From: a virus
Lineage: Duplodnaviria; Caudoviricetes
Virus record (IMG/VR): IMGVR_UViG_3300049139_000160
Span: 1-25,807 of that record
DNA length: 25,807 nucleotides
Direction: 5' to 3' (one strand)
Positions 6,304 through 15,800 of the stretch are shown here, piece after piece. Below the pieces are notes generated by a model, which was not told where the DNA came from, did not search any database, and saw only the letters and a program-made list of their open reading frames with translations. Both the position numbers and the translations under genes were made by a program. Each line of letters opens with the position of its first letter. Position 1 is the first letter of the stretch.

Positions 6304-7106
6304 GGGGTGACTCCGTCTCTGTTCATGCGGTACATGAGGAAGTGCAGAACATCTTTCGAGTTCTTGCTTGAGTTGCACGATTTGCAGATGGGGGCCAGGT
6401 TCATCCAGTCACCTTTTCCTCCATTTGCGACGGCCGTCACGTGATCGATGGCTGTTGACGGATTCCCGCAATACACGCACGGATCTGAACTGATGATCCG
6501 GGCGTACTCGATCGCCACGGGGCCACCCTTCCGGTAGTCGGCACTCCGGGGCCTATTTGCAGCACGCCACGCTCGGGCGTATGCGTTGATCTTCTCCCTG
6601 TTGGCTTTGGAGTAGGCGAGCCAGCGAGTTCGGTTGAAAGGGATGAGGCGCTGCTTCTCCCGGTGGCAGACCTTGCAACCCTTCAGCCTGCCAGCCGCAT
6701 AGCGCATGGAGGTCTTCGGGTCATGCCCGCACAGCCATCCATCACCGGCTTGCTTGCGTGGCAATACGCCCTGCTCGCGGGCCTTCTCCATGGCGCGCTC
6801 TCGATGACAGGTTGCGCAGTCGTATCGATCAGGACGAAGGTTCTCGGACTTGTGATGTCCTCGAGGACAGAACTCGGAAGCTCCACGTCGGCGTTCTGGT
6901 ACTCCCAAAGACCGCCTTTTACGTTCCTTGTAGGATCGCTGGCTCTCCCTACGCTCGGGGGTCGCTTCAGCTTCCTTAGTGCAGCTCTTGCAGATCGAGC
7001 CGAGTCGGGGGGATCCGTCGGCGAACGAGCCTTTGCGGAAAAAGGCGGCGGCGTCACTCTTCGGGTGACCGCAACGGGCGCAGTTGTTTGAGCGCGGAGT
7101 AGGCAT
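6300..7106 (-). CDS. HNH homing-type endonuclease with multiple N-terminal Cys/His zinc-finger motifs
   Basis: C-terminal CVYCG...IDHVTAVANGG...NLAPICKSCNSSK; upstream CARCGH/CKSC, CPRGH/CATC and CGH/CKVC motifs. Codon usage is visibly AT-richer than the flanking genes. Confidence 0.92.
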   Translation of the reverse strand: MPTPRSNNCARCGHPKSDAAAFFRKGSFADGSPRLGSICKSCTKEAEATPERRESQRSYKERKRRSLGVPERRRGASEFCPRGHHKSENLRPDRYDCATCHRERAMEKAREQGVLPRKQAGDGWLCGHDPKTSMRYAAGRLKGCKVCHREKQRLIPFNRTRWLAYSKANREKINAYARAWRAANRPRSADYRKGGPVAIEYARIISSDPCVYCGNPSTAIDHVTAVANGGKGDWMNLAPICKSCNSSKNSKDVLHFLMYRMNRDGVTP

Positions 7107-7107
7107 A

Positions 7108-7944
7108 TCAAATCCTATTCCGTGAGCTATCGCGCCTGGGTTGGATTACGTCAATCGCCGAACGCAACTTGTTGTACGTACTTAGCCGGAATCTTCCCGA
7201 TCCGTAATCGCCCCAACTGCTGCCCCAACTATTCACGAACCGCAGGACGGTGTGGTCGGGCAGGAGGCCGCCGTCGTCCTGGGCGACCGCTTCGAGGGCG
7301 ACGACGCACACCTCGTGGCCGCCCTCGAGAGGCGAGTCGGCCCAGGCTGGGTCTTCGTCGATGAAGCCGGCCGGGTCGGCGGTCTGCGTGAACGCGGCGT
7401 GCCACGGCATGCCCATCAGCACCGGGCCGGTCTGCAGCAGGGCGCACAGTTCGCCGGCGGTGGTGGCGTGGCCGTACTGGTCGATCAGGCCGCGGTCGCG
7501 CATGGCTTTGGCGACGCCGAGGCCGGAGGAGCCGACGTCCTGGGTGGGCCAGGTGTAGGTGTGCCACTGATCGCGGGTGGTGGCGTCGGCGTAGAGGCCG
7601 ATGGCGAAGTGCTCGGCGGCGGCCGCGTCGGCGGTGTTCAGGCCGGCTGCGGTGGCCTGGGCGTCGTTGAGGAGGATCGACAGGGCGGCGGTGGCGGCGT
7701 TGCCAGTGCACGAGCCGAGGGCGTCGACGTCCTCTTCGAGGCCGTAGTCGGTGCTGGTGCGGATTCCCTGGGCGAGGAGGTTTTGCTGGTCGAGGACGGG
7801 GATGCGGGGCTCCCACGCGGTGGCGCGCAGGGGGTGGTGGCCGTCGTAGGTGCGGCGGTAGGCGAGGCTGCGCGGGTCCAGCACCTGGTGGCGTCCCAGG
7901 TGCGGCTGGACCTCGTACTGGCGAACGGTGACGTGTGCGGGCAC
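7108..7944 (-). CDS. Papain-like (C1-family) cysteine peptidase
   Basis: Catalytic motifs GSCTGNA (Cys), GGHEVCVV (His), NSWGSSWG (Asn); LDQ oxyanion motif; GPVLMGMPW. Confidence 0.88.
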   Translation of the reverse strand: MPAHVTVRQYEVQPHLGRHQVLDPRSLAYRRTYDGHHPLRATAWEPRIPVLDQQNLLAQGIRTSTDYGLEEDVDALGSCTGNAATAALSILLNDAQATAAGLNTADAAAAEHFAIGLYADATTRDQWHTYTWPTQDVGSSGLGVAKAMRDRGLIDQYGHATTAGELCALLQTGPVLMGMPWHAAFTQTADPAGFIDEDPAWADSPLEGGHEVCVVALEAVAQDDGGLLPDHTVLRFVNSWGSSWGDYGSGRFRLSTYNKLRSAIDVIQPRRDSSRNRI

Positions 7945-8098
7945 TCGCCCCTGCTCCCGACTCCCCGCGCCCGAAGCATGTGATGGTGTGCTGCGCCAGC
8001 TCGTGCGGCTGGGTGGCAGTCCCTCGGGGGTGGTGCCGGGCGGAGGGTCGCCCTGGTGATCTCAGCGTAGGGCCGGGTGGGGCGCGTGTTGCCCCGGG

Positions 8099-9937
8099 TC
8101 AGGCCTCCCGGTACCAGCCGTTGATGGTGAGGGTGGCGGTTGCGGAGAGGTTCTCGCCGCGCACCAGGATGTCTGTCGGGCCGCGGACCTGGTCGAGCTG
8201 TGCGCCGGTGGCGGTGGGCTGGATGAGGCCGACGGCGTGGCCGCCGATGCTGGAGTTAGTGCCGGCGGCGATTCCTCCGGCGTAGACACCGACGTACTGG
8301 CGCCTGGTGTTGCCGCCGATGCCTCGGTAGGGGGTCGAGGGAAGGGAGACGGTGATGCCGGTTGTGCCTGATCCGGCGGCTGAGCAGGTGATGTAGGCCT
8401 CGAAATAGACCAGCTTCCCGATCTTGAAGTACCAGCCGTCACGGATGGCGAAGACGGCAGTGCCGGCGTTGGCGACGGTGGGGGTGTAGGTCTGCCAGGT
8501 GGTGCCGGTGACGGCGAGTTCTCCCGCGCTGGCGGTGCCGGTGGTGCTCAGGCTGCCGCCGGTGACCGCGCCGGTGGCGGTGACGCTCGCCCCGTTGACC
8601 GCGCCGGTGGCCGTGACGCTGGCGGCGCTCACCGCACCGGTGGTGTCAAACCCGGCGGCATTGACGGCGCCGGTGGCGGTAACGGCCCCGGAGGGTGAGA
8701 CGGTGAATCGGTCGGCGCCGTTGAGGAGGGCCCGGATCAGGTGCCCGGTGTGGCCGGTCTTCGCTCCGACGTACAGGGCGCTGTTGCTTGTGGCTGGCGG
8801 GTCGAGGACCAGGCGGGCCTCGTCCAGGAAGGCCAGGCCGAGGGAGACACGGAGCGAGGCTGTGGGGTCGGCATCCGTGCTGTCGACGAATCCGATACCG
8901 GCGCTGGAGTTCGTCAGGTCCAGGTAGCCGCCCTTGATGGTGTTGACGTCGGAGCGGCGGACGCGTTTCGTGGTCCAGCCGTTGGCGGCCTCATCCGTGC
9001 CGATGACCGTGGTCCAGGACCAGTCGGTGACAGCGCCGTCCGTGAACGGCCCTGAGCTGATGTTCAGGCACGGTTCGCCGCTTTCGGAAGAGGCGTTGAT
9101 CTGGCCGGCTACGTCCCCGGCGGCGTCGAAAAAGGTGATGACGGGCGGGCTGAGAGTCGGGTTGATTTTGATGCGCCAGCCGTCCGGGCCGGTGGCCTCG
9201 ATGGTGCCGTCTTCGATGTCGACAAGGCCGCCGGCGCCGTTGTCGGAGTGGAACTCGGCGCCGTTGATGGTGCCGCCGGTGATGGTCTTGCCGGTGATCG
9301 CGTCGGCCTTGAGCGCGGTCGCGTCGACCGATCCGGCGGCCAGCAGGGCGGTGGTGATGGCGTTCGCGTAGACCTTCGGCGTGGTGATCGCGCCGTCGGC
9401 GATGAGGGTCTCGGTGATGCCGCCGGGGCCGATGTCGTCGGAGATGGGGCGCGGCTCGTACGGTCCGACCGTGTCGGTCGGCGTGGAGGCGGTGCCGGAG
9501 GTGTTGCGGGCCACGAGGCGGACGTACAGGGGCGTGGTGGTGGGGATGTAGACGATGCCGCCCTGTGGGGTCTCGATCGTGGCCTGCAGCGTTTCGGGCA
9601 GGGGGGTGAAGTCGTCGAGGTCGGCGGTGTGGACTTCGACGCGGGACCAGTCCAGCGGGATGAGGGCGCCTGCGGTGAAGGTGCCGTCCCAGCCGACCGC
9701 GATGCCGCCGAGCGCCGCTGAGACGGTCGGCGTGGTCGGGGCGGGCGGGGGGCTGCCGTTGACGACGTTGACGGCGGTGGTGCCGTCGGACTGCTGGCCG
9801 AACAACGCGCGCAGCGAACCGGATCCGTCGCGGACCTCGATGGCGGTGTCGTCGATGCTCGCCGAGCCGAGGCGGGACTGCCGTTCGATCGCCTTCAGTC
9901 GCTGTTCGATCTGGGCGAGCTTTGCGCCGATGTCCAT
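8099..9937 (-). CDS. Minor tail protein / tail fibre (N-terminal coiled coil, FN3-like domain, beta repeats, C-terminal receptor-binding-like domain)
   Basis: Last gene of the tail module; FN3-like segment (PTVSAALGGIAVGWDG...YVRLVARNTSG); IADGAITT repeats; Gly/Thr-rich; C-terminal WQTYTPT...GWYFKIGKLVYF...INGWYREA. Confidence 0.85.
   Translation of the reverse strand: MDIGAKLAQIEQRLKAIERQSRLGSASIDDTAIEVRDGSGSLRALFGQQSDGTTAVNVVNGSPPPAPTTPTVSAALGGIAVGWDGTFTAGALIPLDWSRVEVHTADLDDFTPLPETLQATIETPQGGIVYIPTTTPLYVRLVARNTSGTASTPTDTVGPYEPRPISDDIGPGGITETLIADGAITTPKVYANAITTALLAAGSVDATALKADAITGKTITGGTINGAEFHSDNGAGGLVDIEDGTIEATGPDGWRIKINPTLSPPVITFFDAAGDVAGQINASSESGEPCLNISSGPFTDGAVTDWSWTTVIGTDEAANGWTTKRVRRSDVNTIKGGYLDLTNSSAGIGFVDSTDADPTASLRVSLGLAFLDEARLVLDPPATSNSALYVGAKTGHTGHLIRALLNGADRFTVSPSGAVTATGAVNAAGFDTTGAVSAASVTATGAVNGASVTATGAVTGGSLSTTGTASAGELAVTGTTWQTYTPTVANAGTAVFAIRDGWYFKIGKLVYFEAYITCSAAGSGTTGITVSLPSTPYRGIGGNTRRQYVGVYAGGIAAGTNSSIGGHAVGLIQPTATGAQLDQVRGPTDILVRGENLSATATLTINGWYREA
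8530..8690 (-). repeat. Degenerate 33-nt (11-aa) coding tandem repeat, VTATGAVxxAS-type, in the tail fibre
   Basis: Protein reads VTATGAVNAAG-FDTTGAVSAAS-VTATGAVNGAS-VTATGAVTGGS-LSTTGTASAGE. Confidence 0.75.
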
Positions 9938-9940
9938 GGG

Positions 9941-11035
9941 TCAGACGCCTCCGTACTGGTAGATGGCGGCCGGTTTGAGGTTCACGGTGGCCTGTGGCCC
10001 GCCGGGGGCGGTTGGCCTGATTGTCCAGCCGGTGATGCGGCACCAGCCGGTGTAGTCGGTCCAGGCGTTGTGGACGCGGACGTAGATGTCGTCGCCGACT
10101 TGCCAGGACCCGAAGGGGGCGGCGGGGGTGTTGCGCAGGGTGATCTGGTCGACGGAGCCGAGGTTCTGGCGCCAGGCCCGTTCGGCGTTCGCGCGGGCGG
10201 TGAGGATGTCGTCGCCTTTGATCTCCGGGAGGTCGATGACGTGTTCGAGGCGTAGGCGGCCGTTGCGGACGGCGGAGATCTGGCGGCGCTTGGCGCGGCC
10301 GTCGCCGAAGCCGGCGGCGACGACGACCTGGGCGTAGTCGTCGCCGGCCAGGGCGACCTCGGGGTCTTCGACGATGTTGACGCCGGAGGCGAAGGATATG
10401 TCGGTGCGGCGGGCTCCGAGGCGTGGCCAGCCCAGGCGGATGCGTTTGACGACGTCGGTGCGGGCGGTGTTCCACTCGGTGGTGCAGGTGTAGTCGGGGG
10501 TGGCGTCGCCGGAGACGAGGTCGTCGATCTTGTCGCCGAGGTTGTTGTGCTCCCAGAAGTGCGAGTGGTAGGGGTCTGCTGGGGTGCCGGCGGTGCTGGT
10601 GGAGGTGGTGTCGTCGACGATGACGCCGAGGTTGCCGTCGGTGGCGGACTGCAGGTAGTCCCAGATGTCGCGGATGATGTCGCAGCGGTCGGTGTAGGTG
10701 TAGGGGCCGCGGGCGCCGAACTCGCCGTCGAGGTCGTAGCGGTGCTGGGGGTAGGACGACCATGAGGCGGCCTCGACCCGCAGGGTGTCGCCCTGGGTGC
10801 GGACGTCCCAGACCAGGCCGCCCCAGGTGATCTGGTCGTCTTCCTCGACGTAGATGCAGGTGGTGCCGGGGTCGAGGAGGGTGGGGTGCTGGGACAGCAG
10901 GCGGGGGGCGAGGGAGCCGGTCAGGGAGCCGGGGCCGGACAGTTCCGGCCCGTACTCCAGTTCCCGTAGCGGCAGGGCGTGGGAGAGCCACGCGCCGGTC
11001 AGGGCGTGCTGGGTGAGGATGCGGGCGGGGCTCAC
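9941..11035 (-). CDS. Minor tail protein, baseplate hub-like (siphovirus Gp37-like)
   Basis: Position after Dit; ELSGPGSL, WGGLVW, IRLGWPRLG and WQVGDDIYV motifs typical of actinophage hub proteins; GTGA coupling. Confidence 0.8.
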   Translation of the reverse strand: MSPARILTQHALTGAWLSHALPLRELEYGPELSGPGSLTGSLAPRLLSQHPTLLDPGTTCIYVEEDDQITWGGLVWDVRTQGDTLRVEAASWSSYPQHRYDLDGEFGARGPYTYTDRCDIIRDIWDYLQSATDGNLGVIVDDTTSTSTAGTPADPYHSHFWEHNNLGDKIDDLVSGDATPDYTCTTEWNTARTDVVKRIRLGWPRLGARRTDISFASGVNIVEDPEVALAGDDYAQVVVAAGFGDGRAKRRQISAVRNGRLRLEHVIDLPEIKGDDILTARANAERAWRQNLGSVDQITLRNTPAAPFGSWQVGDDIYVRVHNAWTDYTGWCRITGWTIRPTAPGGPQATVNLKPAAIYQYGGV

Positions 11036-11964
11036 CTGGGGGCCTCGAGGAATTCGATGTCGGCGAAGAACGAGGTGGAGGCGTCGGCGGTGAGGGTGCC
11101 GGTGTTGCCGCTGGTGCCGGTGGCCTGGATACGCAGGAGCTGGGTGGTGCCGCGGTAGGCGTCCGGGACGGTCAGGTCATCGACGGCGGCGGCCGGCTGA
11201 CGGTGGATGCCGGTGGAGTTGGTGTCCAGGACGACGGACTGGGTGGACAGCGAGGCGCCGAACAGGCCGCGAAAGGCGCCGATGAACTGATTCGTGTACT
11301 TCAGCTGCAGCGCGTCGACCCGGATTTTCACCTTGGAGGCCCACGTGGGGACGGGGATGTTCCATCCGGCGGCGGTGGAGAAGTTCTGCCAGACGCCGTT
11401 GCTGTTGGTGATGTCCGCGGACGCGGATGTGGGGAACTGCGTCCAGGTGGTGCGTTCCCGTCGCGGGTTCGCGATCTTCCGGATGTCGACGATCATCGCG
11501 GTTGTGATGGTGGAGGTGGAGGCGGGGATGTCGATCCGCGCCAGGGGGATGCCGGTGCGGCCGTCGGGGATCGCCGTCGCTGAGCTGGAGACGTTGGGGA
11601 TGACCTGGAAGTAGGCGATCTGGTCGGTCGCCGGGTTGAGGGTGCCTTCGTATTCGGGGTCCTCCACACGCAGGATCAGCATGTCGGAGCGGCCCGCGCC
11701 GCCGGTCGCGGCGATGCTGACGCTGGTGGCGCCGGTATTGGCGACCGCGTAGGAGCCCTGGAACGTGTTGGCTCGGCCGCGGACGACGCCGGTGCCGGAG
11801 GCGACCTGCACCGCGCCGCCCGGGGTGCCGAGCTGGGTGACCTTCAGGTCGGTGCCGCGGGTGATGCCCTCGTTGTCGCGGGCGAGGTCGGAGACCAGCA
11901 GGCGGAACTGCTGGGCTGAGTGGGTGGCGCCGTCGACGAGGATCGGCTGTGGGATGAGCGCCAT
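11032..11964 (-). CDS. Minor tail protein
   Basis: DLKVTQ...VQVASG, RSDMLILRVEDPEY and IPLARIDIPASTSTIT motifs typical of actinophage minor tail proteins; GAGGAG RBS. Confidence 0.82.
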   Translation of the reverse strand: MALIPQPILVDGATHSAQQFRLLVSDLARDNEGITRGTDLKVTQLGTPGGAVQVASGTGVVRGRANTFQGSYAVANTGATSVSIAATGGAGRSDMLILRVEDPEYEGTLNPATDQIAYFQVIPNVSSSATAIPDGRTGIPLARIDIPASTSTITTAMIVDIRKIANPRRERTTWTQFPTSASADITNSNGVWQNFSTAAGWNIPVPTWASKVKIRVDALQLKYTNQFIGAFRGLFGASLSTQSVVLDTNSTGIHRQPAAAVDDLTVPDAYRGTTQLLRIQATGTSGNTGTLTADASTSFFADIEFLEAPR

Positions 11965-11973
11965 GGCGTCTCC

Positions 11974-12876
11974 TCAGAGGGCGGTGTAGGCGTCGCGCCA
12001 GGTCAGGCGCATGCGGGCGGTGTTGGTGTTGTCGAACGCGGTCCAGCGGTACTCGTTCAGCCCGGGCGGGATGGAGAACTGGTCGATCCGGCTGGCAGGG
12101 CTGAGCAGGGTGGTGGCGTTGCCGCCGGTCTCACGGGTGACGGTGCGGTGCCCGGGCCGGGTGTCGATCTCCACCCACTGCCCCACCCCGAGGACCAGGG
12201 TCGGCATGGACAGCCGGCGGCCGGTCTCGGCGTGGGTGATGGTGACGTTCGAGCAGGGGCCGGTGATGCGGATGACGGGCCAGGCGTCGGCGTCCCCGGT
12301 GTTGGTGGCCCAGCCCGGGCGGTCGGCCGCGGTGGTGCCGGACTGCACGAAGATCGGGGCGGTGACGGGGGCTGCGAACCCGCCGCCGGTCAGCCAGCCC
12401 AGGGGGATCTCGACGGTGGATTCGGTGTCGGCGTACCAGGTGGGGTCGGTGCCGACGAACTCGATGTCGAGGGGCATGTAGCCGTGCTTGACCTGCCCGT
12501 ACTCGGCCTCCAGGCGCCGCAGGCGGCCTTCGAGGCGCTTGGCGGTGCGGCCGGGTCGCTTGATCCGCAGGACCATGGTGGCGCCGCCGGCCAGGCGCAG
12601 CGCCGCGTCGTGGGCGGGGCGCTGGAGGGTGGCGAGCATGTCCTCGCAGGCGACCGGGTCGCCGGGGGTTTTGATGGCGGCGTCGATCTGCACGCTGCGG
12701 GGGGCGAAATAGTCCGGGCCGGGCCAGGAGCCGTCCATGCTGGGCTGGTCCTTGTCGTTGTCGCGCACGGGCGGCCGGCCCAGGCCGGTGATGTCGATGA
12801 CGTTGACGGTGGTGCCCCGTCCGATGACGGTGCCGCACAGGTCGACCTGGCCGTCGGTGATCTGTAGATCAGCCAC
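11974..12876 (-). CDS. Distal tail protein (Dit)
   Basis: Directly after the tape measure; ITGLGRPPVR...DGSWPGPD, DPTWY, NTGDADAWPVIRITGP, IPPGLNE, WRDAY. Confidence 0.85.
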   Translation of the reverse strand: MADLQITDGQVDLCGTVIGRGTTVNVIDITGLGRPPVRDNDKDQPSMDGSWPGPDYFAPRSVQIDAAIKTPGDPVACEDMLATLQRPAHDAALRLAGGATMVLRIKRPGRTAKRLEGRLRRLEAEYGQVKHGYMPLDIEFVGTDPTWYADTESTVEIPLGWLTGGGFAAPVTAPIFVQSGTTAADRPGWATNTGDADAWPVIRITGPCSNVTITHAETGRRLSMPTLVLGVGQWVEIDTRPGHRTVTRETGGNATTLLSPASRIDQFSIPPGLNEYRWTAFDNTNTARMRLTWRDAYTAL

Positions 12877-15800
12877 GGGCGTTCACCCCTCCCCTGCGGG
12901 CGCGCCGCATCTGCCAGCCGACCTGTGCGCCGATCTCGGAGGCGGTAGCGCCGGTGCGCATCGGCGCGACGTGGACGTGGGTGTCGCCGTTCTCCCTGAT
13001 GACGACCACCTTTTGTGAGGCCGCGAGGTCGGTGAGGCCGACGCCGAAGCGGTTGGCCACGTCCTTCAGGACGCGGGTGGCGGCGCGGCGCTTGTTCGCG
13101 CCGAGCGGGATGTACGCCTCCCCGCCCGTGGCCGGTTCGGCGAAGGTGACCGCCCCGCCACGGGTGGCGTAGATCCCCTCGCGGATGCCGCCATTGGCGT
13201 AGGACAGGCCCTTGTTGGCGCGGGCGAGGTCGGCGAGGAACTTCGCCGCCCGCGCGCCGAGGGAGCTTTTGATCTGGGCGGAGGCTTTGCTGGCGACGGC
13301 GATGATGTCGTCCTCGCCGAGGCCGGTGGTGGCGGCGACGTCGTGGATGCCGGTCTTGGAGCTGGTGACGGCGGCGATGATGGCGACCAGCTGCTCGACC
13401 TGGTCGCCGGTGAGCGCGTTGTTGGCCTGCTTGGCGGCGGTGTTCGCGGCGCCGGCCTTCTTGGAGTCGGACACGGCGGCCGCGGCAAGGTCCATGGCGG
13501 CCTGGTCGCCCTGGGCGGCGAGCTGCTTGGCCAGGTCGCCGTACCCGCGGCCGGCGAGGGTGGCGAGGTTCGTGGCGAACTTTGCGTCCATGGCGGTGGC
13601 CTTGGACACCTGCCGCGTGTAGTCCGTCAGCGACGCCTTCGCGGTGGTGGCCAGGCCCCGCAGGGCTGCGGCCATGTCGTTGATGTACTTCGTCGACCCG
13701 GTGGCCATCTTCTTCGTCAGCTCGTAGCCGTCGGTGCCCATCGCGGCGAGCGCGTCGGCGACGTCCCCGCCGACCCGGTCGGCGACCTTCGCCAGGTCCG
13801 CGTTCCACCGCCGGGTCATCGCCGAGGTGGTCTTCAGGCGCTTCTCCATCGCGCCGAGGTCGAAGTAGGAGATCTCCTTGCCCTTGACCTTGCGGGTCTT
13901 GCGGCCGGCCTGGGCGGCGTCGGAGGGGCTGTACAGGGAGCCGCTGGTGGGGTCGTAGCGCCAGTCGGTGACGGCGCCGTCGGCGTACCACTGGATCTGG
14001 GCCGGATCCCCGCCGAGACGGCGGATGGTCTCCTCGGCGATGGCGCGGGAGCGGGGCCGCTTGCTGGCGGCGAGGGGGATGTACGCCTCGCCGCCGGTCT
14101 CCGGCTCCGCCCACATGCGGAACGTGGGCTGGGCGATCTGCGCGACGTGCTGCTCCATGCCACCGTTGGCGTACGCGCGGACCGGGGCGGGGCGGGCGGG
14201 TGCGTAGATGTTGCCGTCGGCGGAGCGGCCGGCGGTCGATCCGTAGTAGGTGCCGGAGGGGACACCGCCGGGCTTGCCCTTGATGCGGTACTCGGTGGTG
14301 ATAGTGATCGTGCGGTCCTGCAGCCCGTCCCGGGCGGCCTTGACCGCGGCGAGGTTCGACAGCGCGGAGCCGGTCAGGGCGGTGACCTGCACCCGGCCGT
14401 CGGGCAGGGTCTTGGTCTTGAAGCCGAGCCGCTCCAGCATGGTGATGGCGCTGGCGGTCAGGGCGCTGACGGTGACCGTCTTCGACCCCGGTGTGGCGCG
14501 GATCTTCTCGATGACGGCGTCGAGGCCGGCGATGGCGTCTTCGCGCTGCATCTCGATCCGGGTGGCCTTCTCGTCGGGGATGTTGCGGATCGATTCGGCG
14601 AGCTGGGTGGCCTGGGCCTTGGTCAGGCCCATGGTCTGGGCGGTCTTGATGAACTCGGTGCGGCCGCGTGCGTAGATGCCGTTGACGGTCTCCCACGAGG
14701 CGCCTGACGCGCGGGCGCTGGTGGCGGCCTCTTGGGTCTTGGCGCTGAGTTCGGACAGGGCGGCCGCGCCTTCGCGGGCCCCTTCGCTGTTGAGGTCCAG
14801 CTGCCCCTTCGTCATCGTCAGGGCGCCGGCGTTCTCGGCGGCGGCTTCGGCCGCGTCGTCGATGGCCTGCTCGAAGCCGATCATGCCGTCCAGGGCGCCC
14901 CGGTTGGCCTCGTTCAGGGCCTCGATGCTGGCGCGCAGGCCGTCGGCCGACGCCTTCTGCGCATCGAGTTTGCGCTGGGTGGCGATGGCCTGATTCCCGA
15001 ACAGGCCCATCGCGGCGGCGGCCAGGTCCTCCTCTGCGGCGAGCGCGGCCAGGGCCTCGCGGTACTGCGGGAAGGTGTCGGCGATCTGCTGGGTGGACCA
15101 TCCGGCTTTCCGGCCGGCGGCCTCGATGATCTCGAATCCGGCGGCGGCTTCCTTGGCGTGCCCGGAGGAGGCGAGCTGGGCGAGCGCCTCGTCGACGCCC
15201 TTGAAGTCGGCCTGCAGCGCCTTGAGGGACTCCTCTCCCTTCGACATGTCGTTGGCGAGGTTGCCGAACCAGTCGCCCACATCGTCCAGGACGGGGATCT
15301 CGAAGTCGAAGATGGCGCCCTCGCTGTCGGCCTTGCGGAGCTTGTCCATCTCGCCGCGGAGCTTCTTGAACTTGTCGGTGACCCCGTCGAAGTTGCCGAA
15401 CGTCTCTTTGAGCTCGCCCGTCATTCGCTTCGTCAGCGCAAGGTTCTTCAGCGACGTGGTGAGCTTGTCGACCTCCGGCGGCGCGCCGCGGGCGGACTCG
15501 GCGAGGCTGTTGATGCCCATGACGACCAGCGCGAGGGCGGCGAAGACGATGGACGCCTTCTGCAGGGCGCTCATGCGCTGGGTGACGCCCGCGATGGCGG
15601 AGGCGACGCCGCCGAAGCGGGCGGCGCGGCCGAACAGTGCGACGCTGCCCGCTGCTGCGGCGATGCCGGGGCCGATCGCGGCCAGGGCCAGGCCGGCGAG
15701 CTGGACGGCCTTGAACGCGATGGCGACCTGCAGCAGGATCGACAGCAGTTCGGTGGGGACGGCGTTGACGAGGTCGGCGAAGACGTTGACGACGGTCAGG

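Noticed and set aside
6304-6378. N-terminal extension of the endolysin given by the ORF track
   Set aside because: Lies inside the HNH gene. GTG at 6303 has an RBS and GTGA coupling. Similar over-extended track starts were trimmed for several other genes.
7210-7230. Direct repeat GCCCCAACT x2 as a target-site duplication
   Set aside because: Explained by the SWG-S-SWG protein motif of C1 peptidases.
6300-7240. Group I intron or intein hosting the HNH
   Set aside because: Both flanking genes are complete and abut the HNH ORF. There is no non-coding space for an intron core and no intein splice motifs.
8099-8500. Diversity-generating retroelement target in the tail fibre C-terminus
   Set aside because: No reverse transcriptase and no template/variable repeat pair seen in the window.
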